64,000 bases of DNA from an uncultured Sphingomonadaceae bacterium (lineage in GTDB: Bacteria; Pseudomonadota; Alphaproteobacteria; Sphingomonadales; Sphingomonadaceae): positions 18,884-82,883 of the forward strand of contig CALMVA010000083.1 in the NCBI GenBank assembly GCA_937873035.1, given 5' to 3'. Of this stretch, positions 30,319 through 41,434 are shown one piece after another (the first letter of the stretch is position 1; each line of letters begins with the position of its first letter). Below the pieces are notes generated by a model that saw only the letters and a program-made list of their open reading frames with translations, had not been told where the DNA came from and ran no database searches. A program made the position numbers and the translations under genes.

Positions 30319-31151
30319 GGCTGTTTCAGCGCGCCCCCATCGCCCCGCTTGATTACACGCGCCGCCTGTGGATGCGCGCATGGATGGCAGGCACGCTCTT
30401 CTTTCTTTACGCGCCGCTCCTTGTGCTGATTGCCTTCAGCTTCAACGATTCCAAACGCAACATCGTCTGGCGCGGCTTCACGCTCAAATATTACGGCAAG
30501 GTGCTTGAAAACGACGCCCTGATGGCCGCGCTGGGCAATTCGCTGACAATCGCCTTTCTGGCGACGCTGTTCAGCATCCTGCTGGGCACGCTTGCCGCCG
30601 TGATGCTGTGGCGCTTTGAATTTCCCGGCAAGGCGGGAGTTGAAGGCACCATGTCGCTGCCCATTGTCGTTCCCGAAATCTGCATGGGCGTGGCGATGCT
30701 CGTCTTCTTTGCAAAGCTCGACTGGCCGACCGATCTGCCCTGGCCGCTCAATCTGTCCGCCATCACCATCGCCCACATCACTTTCTGCTTCCCCTTTGTC
30801 GCCATGGTCGTGCGCGCACGGCTCGCCAGCTTCAACAAGGAGCAGGAAGAAGCCGCGAAAGACCTTGGCGCCAGTGAGTGGCAGGCGTTTCGCCATGTAT
30901 TGCTGCCGCACATGAAGCCGGGCATCGTCGCGGGTGCGCTGCTGGCGTTCACGCTCAGCCTCGATGATTTCGTCATCACCTTCTTCACCAGTGGCCCCAA
31001 CACGATCACTTTCCCGGTGAAGGTCTATTCGATGGTCCGCTTCTCGGTGACGCCGGAAGTGAACGCGGCCTCTGCGCTGCTCATTTTCCTCACCATCCTG
31101 CTTACCTCTGTGGCGCTCAAGCTACAGGACTTCACCAAGGCCACCGCATGA
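30315..31151 (+). CDS. potC: Polyamine ABC permease (PotC family)
   Basis: FLYAPL…FSFN, EEAAKDLGA, FTLSLDDFVIT. Confidence 0.9.
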   Translation: MRLFQRAPIAPLDYTRRLWMRAWMAGTLFFLYAPLLVLIAFSFNDSKRNIVWRGFTLKYYGKVLENDALMAALGNSLTIAFLATLFSILLGTLAAVMLWRFEFPGKAGVEGTMSLPIVVPEICMGVAMLVFFAKLDWPTDLPWPLNLSAITIAHITFCFPFVAMVVRARLASFNKEQEEAAKDLGASEWQAFRHVLLPHMKPGIVAGALLAFTLSLDDFVITFFTSGPNTITFPVKVYSMVRFSVTPEVNAASALLIFLTILLTSVALKLQDFTKATA

Positions 31152-32260
31152 GCGACAAACCACCCGTCATCTCCATCCGCAATGTCACCAAACGCTTCGG
31201 CAATATGGTCGCGGTGGACAATGTTTCAATCGACATATTGGAGGGTGAGTTCTTCGTGCTGCTCGGTCCATCGGGCTGCGGCAAGACGACGCTGCTGCGC
31301 ATGGTTGCAGGTTTCGAGTTACCGACCGAAGGGCAAATCCTGATCGGCGGGCAAGATATGGCGGGTGTGCCGCCCAACCAGCGCCCGATCAACATGGTGT
31401 TCCAGAGCTATGCGGTCTTTCCGCATATGTCGGTGGCGGACAATGTCGCCTATGGCCTGAAGATCGCGGGCGTGGAGCGCAGCGAGTTGCGCACGCGCGT
31501 GGATGAGGCGCTGGAACTGGTGAGCCTTGGCGGGCTTGGCACGCGGATGCCCGATCAATTGTCGGGCGGCCAGCGCCAGCGCGTGGCGCTTGCGCGCGGC
31601 CTTGTGATGCGCCCCAAGGTGCTGCTGCTTGATGAGCCGCTCTCCGCGCTCGATGCCAAGCTGCGCGCGCAGATGCAGTTCGAGCTGGCCGAATTGCAGG
31701 ACAATGTGGGGATCACCTTCGTCACGGTAACGCACGATCAGGATGAGGCGCTTTCCATGGCGTGCCGCATCGCGGTGATGAACAAGGGCGATGTCGCGCA
31801 ACTCGCCGTTCCATCCGATCTCTATGAATATCCCGCCAACCGCTTCGTAGCCGACTTCATTGGCTCGGTGAACATCTTCGAGGGGCGGCTGAGCATCGAC
31901 GAGCCCGAACAGGCGGTGGTCGATTGCCCGGAGCTGGGTCGCGTCTATCTCAACCACGGCGTCACCGGCGCGCACGAAACAACGGTGTGGGTCGCGATCC
32001 GGCCGGAAAAGATCACCATGCTGCCCGCAGGCCAGGCCAAGGCGAAGGACAGCCCGGAGGGAAGCAACGTCGCGCATGGGCAGATCAAGGGGATGTCGTA
32101 TCTGGGCGACATCACCCTCTACGACATCCGGCTCGACAGTGGCCGCAGCATCCGCGTCTCGCGCCCCAATCTCTCGCGCTGGGATCAGGAAGAATTTCAG
32201 TGGGATGACAAGGTGTCGCTCTGCTGGCACCCCTCCAGCCCGGTTGTGCTGTTGAGCTAA
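31148..32260 (+). CDS. potA: Polyamine ABC ATPase (PotA family)
   Basis: GPSGCGKTT, LSGGQRQRVALAR, LLLDEP, C-terminal TOBE-like region. Confidence 0.92.
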   Translation: MSDKPPVISIRNVTKRFGNMVAVDNVSIDILEGEFFVLLGPSGCGKTTLLRMVAGFELPTEGQILIGGQDMAGVPPNQRPINMVFQSYAVFPHMSVADNVAYGLKIAGVERSELRTRVDEALELVSLGGLGTRMPDQLSGGQRQRVALARGLVMRPKVLLLDEPLSALDAKLRAQMQFELAELQDNVGITFVTVTHDQDEALSMACRIAVMNKGDVAQLAVPSDLYEYPANRFVADFIGSVNIFEGRLSIDEPEQAVVDCPELGRVYLNHGVTGAHETTVWVAIRPEKITMLPAGQAKAKDSPEGSNVAHGQIKGMSYLGDITLYDIRLDSGRSIRVSRPNLSRWDQEEFQWDDKVSLCWHPSSPVVLLS

Positions 32261-32281
32261 ACAAGGCGCTTAAAATCTGCA

Positions 32282-32348
32282 CCGTTCGCCCTGAGCTTGT
32301 CGGGGCCGAAGGCGACCGAAGGTCAACGGCTGCCCTTCGCTGTTCACC
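32282..32348. repeat. REP-like element, family B
   Basis: Reverse complement of 25300-25350; lies between convergent potA and rmlD. Confidence 0.85.
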
Positions 32349-32364
32349 GCGGCAAACAGTGAAG

Positions 32365-33237
32365 CTACCCCGCCACAATCTCCCGCACCACGCGGTCGCA
32401 GCTTTCACGCCAATCAGGCAGGCGGATGCCCCAATCTTCAGCGATGCGGGTGCAATCGAGCACCGAGTTGGCGGGGCGTTTGGCGGGGGTCGGGTAATCG
32501 GCCGTGGTGATGCGGCGGATGTGCGCAAAAGGCCCGCCTGCGGCTTTGGAAGCCTCCATGATGGCGGCGGCGAAGTCCGCCCATGTCGCCTCACCCTGCG
32601 GCCCCAAATGATAGAGATTGTGCGGCGATGTCCGCTGCGCGACGAGGCCCTTGCCAAGCGTCCACAGCGCGGGCGCGATGTCTTCCGCCGCTGTCGGGCG
32701 GCCAAGCTGATCCGCCACCACGCCAATCTCGTCCCGGTCGCCCGCAAGGCGCAGCATGGTTTTGGCGAAGTTGCCCCCATGCGCTGCATAGACCCATGAA
32801 AGCCGGACAATCACGGCCTCAGGATGCGCCGCGCGAACGGCGGCTTCGCCCGCCTGTTTGGACGCGCCGTAAACACCGAGCGGGGAGACGGGATCATCCT
32901 CCAGATAAGCGCCGGGCTTCGTTCCATCGAACACAAAATCGGTCGACAGATGGAGGAAGGCAGCCCCCGCCGCGCGCGCGGCAGCGGCCGCGGCCCCTGC
33001 CCCGCTGGCATTGATCGCAAAGGCGGCGTCCGCCTCGCTCTCCGCCTTATCGACTGCGGTATAGGCCGCCGCATTGATGACGAGGTCGGGCGCATGGGCG
33101 GCGATGGCGGCTTCAATGCTGGCCGCATCGGCAAGATCGATGCCGGGCCGACCCAGCGCAATCGCCTCCAGCCCCCCGGCACTTGCCATCAGCGCATGGG
33201 CGACCTGCCCCGTCGAGCCGAGGATGAGCGCCTTCAC
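32365..33237 (-). CDS. rmlD: dTDP-4-dehydrorhamnose reductase
   Basis: [39 protein letters not shown]. Confidence 0.95.
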   Translation of the reverse strand: MKALILGSTGQVAHALMASAGGLEAIALGRPGIDLADAASIEAAIAAHAPDLVINAAAYTAVDKAESEADAAFAINASGAGAAAAAARAAGAAFLHLSTDFVFDGTKPGAYLEDDPVSPLGVYGASKQAGEAAVRAAHPEAVIVRLSWVYAAHGGNFAKTMLRLAGDRDEIGVVADQLGRPTAAEDIAPALWTLGKGLVAQRTSPHNLYHLGPQGEATWADFAAAIMEASKAAGGPFAHIRRITTADYPTPAKRPANSVLDCTRIAEDWGIRLPDWRESCDRVVREIVAG

Positions 33238-34307
33238 TTGGGAGAAGTCCCCAGCCGCTCGCCCGAATAGCGGCGCTCACGCAAGGGCCGCCACCAATCC
33301 TCATTCGCCAGATACCAGTCGATCGTGCGGGCCAGACCGGCATCAAAATCCACCGTCTGCGTCCAGCCCAGCTCATGCTTGAGCTTCGCACAGTCAATCG
33401 CATAGCGCCGGTCATGCCCCGGACGGTCGGTGACAAAGGTGATGAGATCGCGTCGGCTCTTGGCGGTGCGCGGCGGGATGCGCGCGTCAAGCAGGTCGCA
33501 GATCGCTTCGACCACCTCAAGGTTGGTCCGCTCCGCCTCGCCACCGACATTATAGCTCTCGCCAACCTCGCCCTGCATCATGATCGTGACGAGTGCTGCG
33601 GCATGATCCTCGACATAGAGCCAGTCGCGGATATTCTCCCCCTTGCCGTAAACCGGCAGCGGCTTTTCTTCGAGCGCGTTCAAAATGACGAGCGGAATGA
33701 GCTTTTCGGGGAAGTGATAGGGTCCGTAATTGTTCGAGCAGTTGGAAAGCACAACCGGCAGCCCATAAGTATGGTGCCACGCGCGCACGAAATGGTCTGA
33801 CGCCGCCTTTGACGCCGAATAGGGCGAAGACGGCTTGTAGGAGGTTTCTTCGGTGAAGATGCCGCTATCAAAGGGCAGATCGCCAAACACCTCATCGGTC
33901 GAGATATGGTGGAAGCGGAAGGCCGCCTTCTTGTTGCCGTCGAGCGTCTTCCAGTGATCGAGCACGGCCTGCAGCAGCGTCACCGTGCCGACGACATTCG
34001 TCTCGACGAACACGCCGGGGCCATCAATCGAGCGATCAACATGGCTTTCCGCGGCCAGATGCATCACGCGATCCACCTGTTCGTCGGCAAGGATGCGGCG
34101 CATCGCCGCGCCGTCGCAGATATCGGCCTGATGAAAAACATAATCGGGCGACGCCTCGATAGAGGCGAGCGAGGCAAGGCATCCCGAATAGGTCAGCTTG
34201 TCGACATTGACGACGCGAAAACTCCCTTGCGCGATCAAATGGCGGCACACAGCGCTGCCGATGAACCCGGCGCCGCCGGTGACCATGATGGTCGTCTTTG
34301 CTGACAT
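33234..34307 (-). CDS. rmlB: dTDP-glucose 4,6-dehydratase
   Basis: [42 protein letters not shown]. Confidence 0.97.
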   Translation of the reverse strand: MSAKTTIMVTGGAGFIGSAVCRHLIAQGSFRVVNVDKLTYSGCLASLASIEASPDYVFHQADICDGAAMRRILADEQVDRVMHLAAESHVDRSIDGPGVFVETNVVGTVTLLQAVLDHWKTLDGNKKAAFRFHHISTDEVFGDLPFDSGIFTEETSYKPSSPYSASKAASDHFVRAWHHTYGLPVVLSNCSNNYGPYHFPEKLIPLVILNALEEKPLPVYGKGENIRDWLYVEDHAAALVTIMMQGEVGESYNVGGEAERTNLEVVEAICDLLDARIPPRTAKSRRDLITFVTDRPGHDRRYAIDCAKLKHELGWTQTVDFDAGLARTIDWYLANEDWWRPLRERRYSGERLGTSPK

Positions 34308-34310
34308 GGC

Positions 34311-34862
34311 TTAAAACCCTGTTTCCTGTTCTGAGAGAAGCGGTGCTGCGCGATCCTTGTTGGAGAGCAGCGCGGGATCGACCGCGACGGGCCAGTCAAC
34401 GCCAATCGCCGGATCATCATAGCGGATCGAGCGATCGCAATCGGGCGCATAAGGCGCCGTCACCTTATACTGGACCTCGCAATCGGCGACCAGGGTCTGG
34501 AAGCCGTGCGCAAAGCCCTTGGGCACAAGGATCTGGTTGCCGATGGCGGCATCGAGCACGAGCGACACCCAGTGCCTGTAGGTCGGAGAGTCTGGCCGCA
34601 GATCAACCGCAACATCGAACACCCGGCCACGCGTGGCGCGCACCAGCTTGTCCTGCGCCATCGGTGGCGTCTGATAATGCAGGCCGCGCAGCGTGCCGAC
34701 CGGCACCGAAAGCGAATGATTGTCCTGCACAAAATCAAGGTCGATGCCATGGGCCGCAAGTGCGGCGCGGTTCCATGTTTCGGTAAAGAAGCCACGTTCA
34801 TCGCCAAAGCGCGCCGGGATGATCTCATAGACGCCCGCCAGCGACAGTTCACGCATCTGCAT
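34311..34862 (-). CDS. rmlC: dTDP-4-dehydrorhamnose 3,5-epimerase
   Basis: FGDERGFF, QDNHS, LRGLHYQ, PKGFAHGF. Confidence 0.96.
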   Translation of the reverse strand: MQMRELSLAGVYEIIPARFGDERGFFTETWNRAALAAHGIDLDFVQDNHSLSVPVGTLRGLHYQTPPMAQDKLVRATRGRVFDVAVDLRPDSPTYRHWVSLVLDAAIGNQILVPKGFAHGFQTLVADCEVQYKVTAPYAPDCDRSIRYDDPAIGVDWPVAVDPALLSNKDRAAPLLSEQETGF

Positions 34863-34865
34863 CGC

Positions 34866-35738
34866 TCAGAACCCGTCCGCCACGGCGTCAAGATAGCGGG
34901 CATAGCCCGTCTTGCCCATCTGCCCGGCGCGCAGGCGCAAGGCGGCCGCATCAATCCAGCCATGGGTGAAAGCAATCTCTTCCGGGCACATGATCTTGAT
35001 GCCCTGCCGCTGTTCAACCGTGCGCACAAAGGACGAGGCATCGTGCAGACTGTCATGCGTGCCAGTATCGAGCCAGGCAAAGCCACGCCCCATCGGCACG
35101 ACATTGAGGTCGCCGCGCTCCAGATAGACCTTGTTGACGTCGGTGATCTCCAGCTCGCCGCGCGCGCTGGGCTTCAGATTTGCGGAAATGTCGAGCACGT
35201 CATTGTCGTAATAATAAAGCCCCGTCACCGCCCAGTGCGATTTGGGGTTGGCGGGCTTTTCTTCAATCGAGCGCGCGGTGAAGCTGCCTGCATCAAACTC
35301 GACAACGCCATAGCGTTCAGGATCATCGACGCGATAGGCAAAGACCGTCGCGCCCTTTTCAATGGCGGCGGCCTGCTGGCACATCGCGCCCAGCCCCGCG
35401 CCGTGGAAGATGTTGTCACCAAGGATGAGGCACGCGGTATCATCCCCCACAAAATCGGCGCCGATGATGAAGGCCTGCGCCAGCCCATCGGGCGAGGGCT
35501 GCTCGGCATAGGAAATATCGATGCCAAACTGGCTGCCATCGCCCAGCAACTGCCGGAAGGACGGCAGATCGCGCGGGGTGGAGATGATGAGAATCTCGCG
35601 GATGCCTGAAAGCATCAGAACGCTCAGCGGGTAATAGATCATCGGCTTGTCATAAACCGGCAGAATCTGCTTCGACACACCGATGGTCGCCGGATAAAGC
35701 CGCGTGCCGCTGCCCCCGGCGAGAATAATACCCTTCAT
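34866..35738 (-). CDS. rmlA: Glucose-1-phosphate thymidylyltransferase
   Basis: [41 protein letters not shown]. Confidence 0.97.
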   Translation of the reverse strand: MKGIILAGGSGTRLYPATIGVSKQILPVYDKPMIYYPLSVLMLSGIREILIISTPRDLPSFRQLLGDGSQFGIDISYAEQPSPDGLAQAFIIGADFVGDDTACLILGDNIFHGAGLGAMCQQAAAIEKGATVFAYRVDDPERYGVVEFDAGSFTARSIEEKPANPKSHWAVTGLYYYDNDVLDISANLKPSARGELEITDVNKVYLERGDLNVVPMGRGFAWLDTGTHDSLHDASSFVRTVEQRQGIKIMCPEEIAFTHGWIDAAALRLRAGQMGKTGYARYLDAVADGF

Positions 35739-35901
35739 AGCCTTCCCCTTCTGGCGAAACTGCCACGGCGTGTCTTAGGGGGGGCTGCCTGCCATTCTCC
35801 CAAACAGGGCATTAATTCTTCGCAAGGTTGGCAATATCGGGACCGCGAATAGCTCAACGACGAGAAGCCCGGCAGTAAGAAACCCGGCAGCAAATTTGGT
35901 C

Positions 35902-35939
35902 CAAAAAGAAAAAGCCGCGGCGCTTGCGCACCGCGGCTC
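35902..35939 (-). terminator. Intrinsic terminator of the PEP-CTERM gene
   Basis: agccgcgg/ccgcggct stem followed by a U-rich tract on the minus strand. Confidence 0.6.
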
Positions 35940-35964
35940 TTCCATTTCGCCGAAGCGAATAAGA

Positions 35965-36696
35965 TCAGGCGTAAACGACCGTGGTCTTGGTCTTGCGCGA
36001 GCGCATTGCGCTGCCAACGAGACCAAAGCCCATGAGCATCATGCCCCAAGCGGCGGGTTCAGGAACCGTTGCGATGCGGAACGCAAAGTGATCGCTGCTG
36101 TTACCGCGCGCGATGCCTGCGCCGGTCTTGCTGAGAATGTCCTGAAAATCAGCCGTCATCGTCAGGTGGTAGGTGCCCGGACCCAGGATCTGGGCCGTGC
36201 TGCCAACCGCATTCGGACCGAGCTGGAGACCGCCACCGAACAGCGGGCCATTCACCGGCTGAATGGAATTGGGAGCCGAAAGATCCCAATCCGCATAGAG
36301 CGTGCCCGTCGTGGTCAGGGTGAACAGATAGTCGAACACATATTTGCCAGCCTTGGCGCTGCCGCTGACGCCGTTCGCGAGATTGGCGATCGACGTGGTC
36401 GACGTGGCGTCAAACAGGAACGCGCCTGCCGAAGCGAAAGCAACAGCAACCGAGGTCTGAGCGTTGGCCTGACCGTTGGACGTGTTCTTCACCGAGCTTT
36501 GAACGTTGAACGCATTGACCGGCAGTGCGTTGTAAACGACCGTGTTCGAGTCAGCGTCCGTGCCGCCGCCAAAACCGCCAACCGTTGCTTCCGAAGCTGC
36601 CGTGATCGACAGGCTGTTAAAGATGATTGCAGCCATAGCCGGCGCCGAAGAACCGGCAAGAACGACTGCTGCAGTAGCTGCGAGAATTTTCTTCAT
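35965..36696 (-). CDS. PEPxxWA-CTERM sorting-domain surface protein
   Basis: Signal peptide MKKILAAT…AMA, Ser/Thr/Gly-rich body, C-terminal VPEPAAWGMMLMGFGLVGSAMRSRK. Confidence 0.93.
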   Translation of the reverse strand: MKKILAATAAVVLAGSSAPAMAAIIFNSLSITAASEATVGGFGGGTDADSNTVVYNALPVNAFNVQSSVKNTSNGQANAQTSVAVAFASAGAFLFDATSTTSIANLANGVSGSAKAGKYVFDYLFTLTTTGTLYADWDLSAPNSIQPVNGPLFGGGLQLGPNAVGSTAQILGPGTYHLTMTADFQDILSKTGAGIARGNSSDHFAFRIATVPEPAAWGMMLMGFGLVGSAMRSRKTKTTVVYA

Positions 36697-36930
36697 GAGA
36701 GTTGCCCTCTTACTCGTGCGGGCCGTGCACTTTACCGCCAATTCCCCTGGCCCCTCTGGAGAATGAACGGGCGACTCTTTTTGAGTTTCCTTAATCTCCT
36801 TTAATCTTTCCTCCATCGGGCAGGATGGGTCAACGAAAATATCGCCATTTTGGCTTGGGTTTTTGCATGGCCCAGTGTCTCAATTTGGGAACCGCCCGCA
36901 AAGAATGGCAGATTCAGGAGCTTAGGTTTG

Positions 36931-38613
36931 TCAGGCCGTTTTCGCCGCGGCACGGTTTGCGCGCAGCACCAGCGCCAGAATTGCCCCCAGAATGATGAAA
37001 ATCATCGAGTGATTCTCTTCCTGACTGAGCACGGTCTTGATCCAGAAGAACTGGAGCAGAATCACGCCAAACGGCAGCAGATAGCCAATCTCGCGCTGTT
37101 CAGGATCATCAGGCGCATTGCGCATATTGAGCGAAAGCTTGGCCGCCTTGCCCGCACCGAGGAAGATGAAGCCGTAATAGAAGATGAAGCCGATGATGCC
37201 GTAATCGAGCACGATCGAGAGGATGTAGGTGTCGATGGTCACGAAACCGCCCGGAGTCGTATAGCCAAGCGCGTCCGCCCCGCGCCCGCCGCCATAGCCA
37301 AACAAGGGAGAGTGCGCGATGACAGGCGGTGCCATGTCGAACTGCACCTGGCGCGCATCGTTGCTCGACTGCTGGGTGCCGCTGCCAAGGATGCGGAAGC
37401 GCAGCGCATCGACGCTGAGGATGAGCGTCATGGCGGTCGCGGCAAGAGCTGGATAGCCAAAGGTCAGCGCAGCCCCCGTCAGATCGGTCTTGTTCTCGCG
37501 GAAGCGGCGATAGCCCCAGACGAACGAATACAGGCCAATGCCGACGACGACCCCCACAAGGCCGAGGCGCGCACGGGAAAAAACGATGGCCGTCAGCACC
37601 GCGACGATCCAGACCGCGAGCCAGCTCTTCTTGATCATGTCTTTTTCAAGGAAAAAGCGATGCATGAAGAGCGTGAAGGCCAGTGCCAGAAATTCGGCCA
37701 TGGAGAGCGACACACCAAAGATGGCCTGCGAGCGATATTGGCTGCCACGGAAGGTGGGCGTCAGGATGCGCTCGACGTCGTCATTCTCCATCTTGAAGAT
37801 CGATGGAATATGGTTGGCCCACAGCACCATCTGGTAGCGCTGCTCGACGATTGCGATGAGGCTGACGATGATCGCCGCAGTGCAGATGAGGCGGGCCCAG
37901 CGCTCGACGCGGCCAGGCCTTGAAAACACATAGGCGCTAAGGAAGAAGGCCGCCGTCCAGCCGAATTGCGAGTTGAACCAGTGCTTGTAGGCCAGCACCG
38001 GATAAGGCGAGAAGGCGATGGAGATCGTCTGGCAGACGAAAAAGGCGATGACGAACTTCGACAGCAGCGGAACCGATTTCAGCGCCTCGATGATCGACAC
38101 ACGCATCCGCGTCGACCCGGCAAGCGCATATAGGAACACGGCAACCATGAAGAGGCCGACAATGCGGCGCATCGACATCCATGGCAGGCCGGGAATCGCA
38201 ATGGCGAGATAATTGGGCCACAGGAAGGTGACGGCAGTGAAGGCAAACAACAGCCGGTCCAGAAACGCATCGGGCACCGCTTCAGAGTCGGGCAAAATCC
38301 AGAGAATGAGCAGCGCCATCACAAGAAACGGCACGATGAGGAAAATGATGAAGGCGGGCGGCAGAACCGTGCCCCAAAAGCCGTAGAAAACGCCCAGAAA
38401 CAGGCAGAAGGCGAAAAACAGCGTTTTGCGGGTGAAGCGCGCGGCAGGCGCCGGGCGGCTGCGGAAAGGCGACAACGCCTCGAAGCGCGGCGCGGCAAGA
38501 TAGCCAAGCAGCCGGTCCGGTGCGGACCGGGCCAATGTTTTCAACCGTGCCGAAATCATCCCCGAACCACCGTGACTGCCCCCATATGCCGAACCAGGCG
38601 CGCCATACCCCAT
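36931..38613 (-). CDS. O-antigen ligase/Wzy-like polysaccharide polymerase
   Basis: Many TMs, SSNDARQVQ…SPLFGYG…IDTYILSIVLDYGIIG; start uncertain. Confidence 0.78.
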   Translation of the reverse strand: MGYGAPGSAYGGSHGGSGMISARLKTLARSAPDRLLGYLAAPRFEALSPFRSRPAPAARFTRKTLFFAFCLFLGVFYGFWGTVLPPAFIIFLIVPFLVMALLILWILPDSEAVPDAFLDRLLFAFTAVTFLWPNYLAIAIPGLPWMSMRRIVGLFMVAVFLYALAGSTRMRVSIIEALKSVPLLSKFVIAFFVCQTISIAFSPYPVLAYKHWFNSQFGWTAAFFLSAYVFSRPGRVERWARLICTAAIIVSLIAIVEQRYQMVLWANHIPSIFKMENDDVERILTPTFRGSQYRSQAIFGVSLSMAEFLALAFTLFMHRFFLEKDMIKKSWLAVWIVAVLTAIVFSRARLGLVGVVVGIGLYSFVWGYRRFRENKTDLTGAALTFGYPALAATAMTLILSVDALRFRILGSGTQQSSNDARQVQFDMAPPVIAHSPLFGYGGGRGADALGYTTPGGFVTIDTYILSIVLDYGIIGFIFYYGFIFLGAGKAAKLSLNMRNAPDDPEQREIGYLLPFGVILLQFFWIKTVLSQEENHSMIFIILGAILALVLRANRAAAKTA

Positions 38614-38829
38614 GGCGTGTCGCGCTTCATTGCACCTCGATTAATTCCCGTCCACATTGCCGTGAATCCACCCGCCTGCCCTTGTGGGGGGAACCCGCCA
38701 CTGTCATGGGCGGAGGGGCTATGGAAATGCGCGCGGAACCGGTTGCGTTTGGCACAACATGGGGCGGGCGCAGATTAAAGGTCGACAGGTCATGACACGC
38801 GCCGCAATTGCATCCAACGCAAGCCAACC

Positions 38830-40122
38830 ATGACTGCCTTTCGTCGCCCTAAATTCCTTCCGGCCAAGCTGCTGCCCGCCCAGTTGCTCAATGTTGCAGG
38901 CGCTTTTGTTACCAAGGGCGCCGCCGCCGCGATGCAGTTTGTGCAAAGCGTGGTGCTCAGCCGCTTTCTGGGTGCCGAGGCACTTGGCATCTATTTTTTT
39001 GCGATCTCGGTATTCCGCATTGCCGAAGCGGCAGCTCCGCTTGGTATCCCCATGGCGGCGGTGCGCGAAGTGGCGGCGGCAAAGGCGCATGATGCATGGG
39101 GCACAGTGCGCCGCATCACCTTGCACGCAACGCTGATCTGTTTCGTGCTTGCACTGGCGGCGAGCGCGATCGTCTGGTTTCTTGCAGAGCCTGTTGCGCG
39201 CACCTTTGACGATCAGCCCATGGCGGCCCCCGCCGTGCGCTGGATGGCGCTGGCCATCGTCCCCGGCTGCACCGTGGTGGCGCTTACAGCAACGTTGCGC
39301 GGGCTGGGGATGCAGACCTCGTCCAACCTGCTGGGCTCGCTCGTTCTGCCACTGGTCGCCACGGCAAGCTTTGCGCTCTGGCTGCACGAAGCAAGCTATC
39401 TGGGCGCGGTGCACGCCTTCATCCTTGGCCAGTTTGCGGCAATCATCCTGCTCGCAGTCTATGTCTGGCGCGTTACGCGGGCGGGGCATGGCACGGATGC
39501 GCCAACACGCGGCCTCTTCCATCAGGCGCTTCCCTTCTGGATCATCAGCCTTGCTTCGCTTGGCAATGATTCGCTCGGCGTGCTCCTGCTCGGTATTTTT
39601 GGCACGCCCGCCGACGCTGGCGTGTTCGGCATCGCGGTTCGCCTTGCCATGCCGCTCACCTTTCTCGGATCGTCGATCCAGGCGGTTTACGAGCCCCGCT
39701 TTGCCGGGCTGCACCGCCTTGGCGACACACAGGGGCTTCGACGCGAATATGCGCTTTCCCTGCGCCACTCAATGGCGCTGGCAGGCGCGATGGCGATCGC
39801 CATGGCCGCGCTCGCAACGCCACTGCTCTCTCTGTTCGGTGCAGAGTTCGTGAGCGCGCGCCCTGTCTTTCTCGTGGTGCTGTTTGGCGTGTGCCTCGTT
39901 TCGGCCTTCGGACCGGCAGGCTCCTTCCTCGCCATGACAAGCAAGGCCAATTATAACGCGTGGACGGCAATCGCCTCGCTCCCACTGGCAGGCGGCCTCA
40001 TGGTAGCACTCATCCCGCATTATGGCGGCATGGGTGTGGCGCTCGCCACCAGCGTGGCACTTGCCTTCCGCACCGTGGTGCAGGCAACCGCCGCAGCACG
40101 CGAAATGCGCAGGATTGGTTGA
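38830..40122 (+). CDS. Wzx-like oligosaccharide flippase
   Basis: About 12 TMs, LSRFLGAEALGIY, ADAGVFGIAVRL, YGGMGVALATS. Confidence 0.82.
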   Translation: MTAFRRPKFLPAKLLPAQLLNVAGAFVTKGAAAAMQFVQSVVLSRFLGAEALGIYFFAISVFRIAEAAAPLGIPMAAVREVAAAKAHDAWGTVRRITLHATLICFVLALAASAIVWFLAEPVARTFDDQPMAAPAVRWMALAIVPGCTVVALTATLRGLGMQTSSNLLGSLVLPLVATASFALWLHEASYLGAVHAFILGQFAAIILLAVYVWRVTRAGHGTDAPTRGLFHQALPFWIISLASLGNDSLGVLLLGIFGTPADAGVFGIAVRLAMPLTFLGSSIQAVYEPRFAGLHRLGDTQGLRREYALSLRHSMALAGAMAIAMAALATPLLSLFGAEFVSARPVFLVVLFGVCLVSAFGPAGSFLAMTSKANYNAWTAIASLPLAGGLMVALIPHYGGMGVALATSVALAFRTVVQATAAAREMRRIG

Positions 40123-40184
40123 TGCACTCAGCATGAGCGAAATGTAACTTCAAAATCGACGCACTCTCGTGTGATACAAGGTGG

Positions 40185-41273
40185 ATGCATAGTCCGCGAC
40201 ACAATGCCCCATTTATGGGCCAGCAAGGTGAGAGTGACGTCCTCCTCTCGCTTCAATATCTCAGGGCGATTGCCGCCGGACTGGTCGTCTTGCATCACGC
40301 GGGCCAAGTGGTCGAGACAGCTGGCAATGCCACACCTTGGCTCAAATTCGGGTTCGGCGCATCGGGCGTCGATATTTTCTTTGTCATCAGCGGCTATATC
40401 ATGTGCCGCATCACTGCGGGCGGGCGTGATACGGCATGGCAATTCTTCCGGCGGCGACTTGCGCGTGTTGGCCCTGCATACTGGATCATCACCGCGCTCG
40501 TTTCGCTGGCAATCATCTTTGTGCCATCGGCGTTCCGAAGCTCCGTCCTGACGCCCGATCTGCTGGCGGCCTCGCTCGCGTTCATTGCCTGGCCGCACCC
40601 CGTGCGCGGCGAGGCGTGGCCGGTCTTTCACATCGGCTGGACGCTCAATTACGAATTCTTCTTCTACTCGATTTTCGCAGTCGCCTTAGCCTGCGCACGC
40701 AGACACCGCATTGCGGCATCGAGCGCTGTTCTCCTCCTGCTTGTCGTCGCCGGGCAGATGCTGCCGCTCAACGGCGCGGTCTGGAATTTCTACACGCACC
40801 CCATCATCCTTGAATTCGCACTGGGCATGGCGCTGTGGGAAGTTGATCGCAGGCAGATGCTGCCGCGCAAGGCGCTGGCATGGCTGCTGATCCTCGCGGC
40901 TTCCGCCGTTCTCATCTACACCGAAATCGCGGTTCCCATGAGCCGGTCATCACCCGAACGCGCGTGGCTATGGGGTGTTCCGGGCTTCTTCATTGCGCTG
41001 GGCGCGCTCGCGCTGGAACGTCAGGGCGCCGTCCGCAATCATCGCCTCTGGCACCTGCTGGGCGATGCCTCTTACTCCTGGTATCTCACACACTTTCTCG
41101 TGCTGGGCGTGCTGCGGGGCATATGGAGCAAGTTCGCGCTGCGCACCGCCTTGCCCGATCCCACACTGATCCTGATCGGCCTCATTGTCACCGCGATTGC
41201 CTCCATCCTGTTCTACAAGCTTGTTGAACTGCCCGCATCGCGCTGGTTCCGTCGGCTGATCTTGCCGAAATGA
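40185..41273 (+). CDS. Acyltransferase family 3 (OafA-like)
   Basis: SLQYLRAIAAGLVVLHH, GVDIFFVISGYIM, GWTLNYEFFFY, LGDASYSWYLTH. Confidence 0.92.
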   Translation: MHSPRHNAPFMGQQGESDVLLSLQYLRAIAAGLVVLHHAGQVVETAGNATPWLKFGFGASGVDIFFVISGYIMCRITAGGRDTAWQFFRRRLARVGPAYWIITALVSLAIIFVPSAFRSSVLTPDLLAASLAFIAWPHPVRGEAWPVFHIGWTLNYEFFFYSIFAVALACARRHRIAASSAVLLLLVVAGQMLPLNGAVWNFYTHPIILEFALGMALWEVDRRQMLPRKALAWLLILAASAVLIYTEIAVPMSRSSPERAWLWGVPGFFIALGALALERQGAVRNHRLWHLLGDASYSWYLTHFLVLGVLRGIWSKFALRTALPDPTLILIGLIVTAIASILFYKLVELPASRWFRRLILPK

Positions 41274-41434
41274 CGGCAAGAATGGCGGATGCGGCGGCTG
41301 GTTCAAGGCCTCGCGTGCTATTCGGCTGAAGTGCGCCAGCGCGGGTATTCTTACATAACGCCAATCAGCGACTTGGGATCACGACAGTCACTCATTTAAC
41401 CCGGCGTTGACGTTTTTCATGTCAACCAGCCACT

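Noticed and set aside
36720-36750. Sigma-54 promoter for the PEP-CTERM gene
   Set aside because: GG to GC spacing is 9 nt rather than 10.
36791-36804. CtrA box upstream of the PEP-CTERM gene
   Set aside because: Spacing is TTAA-N6-TTAA, not N7.
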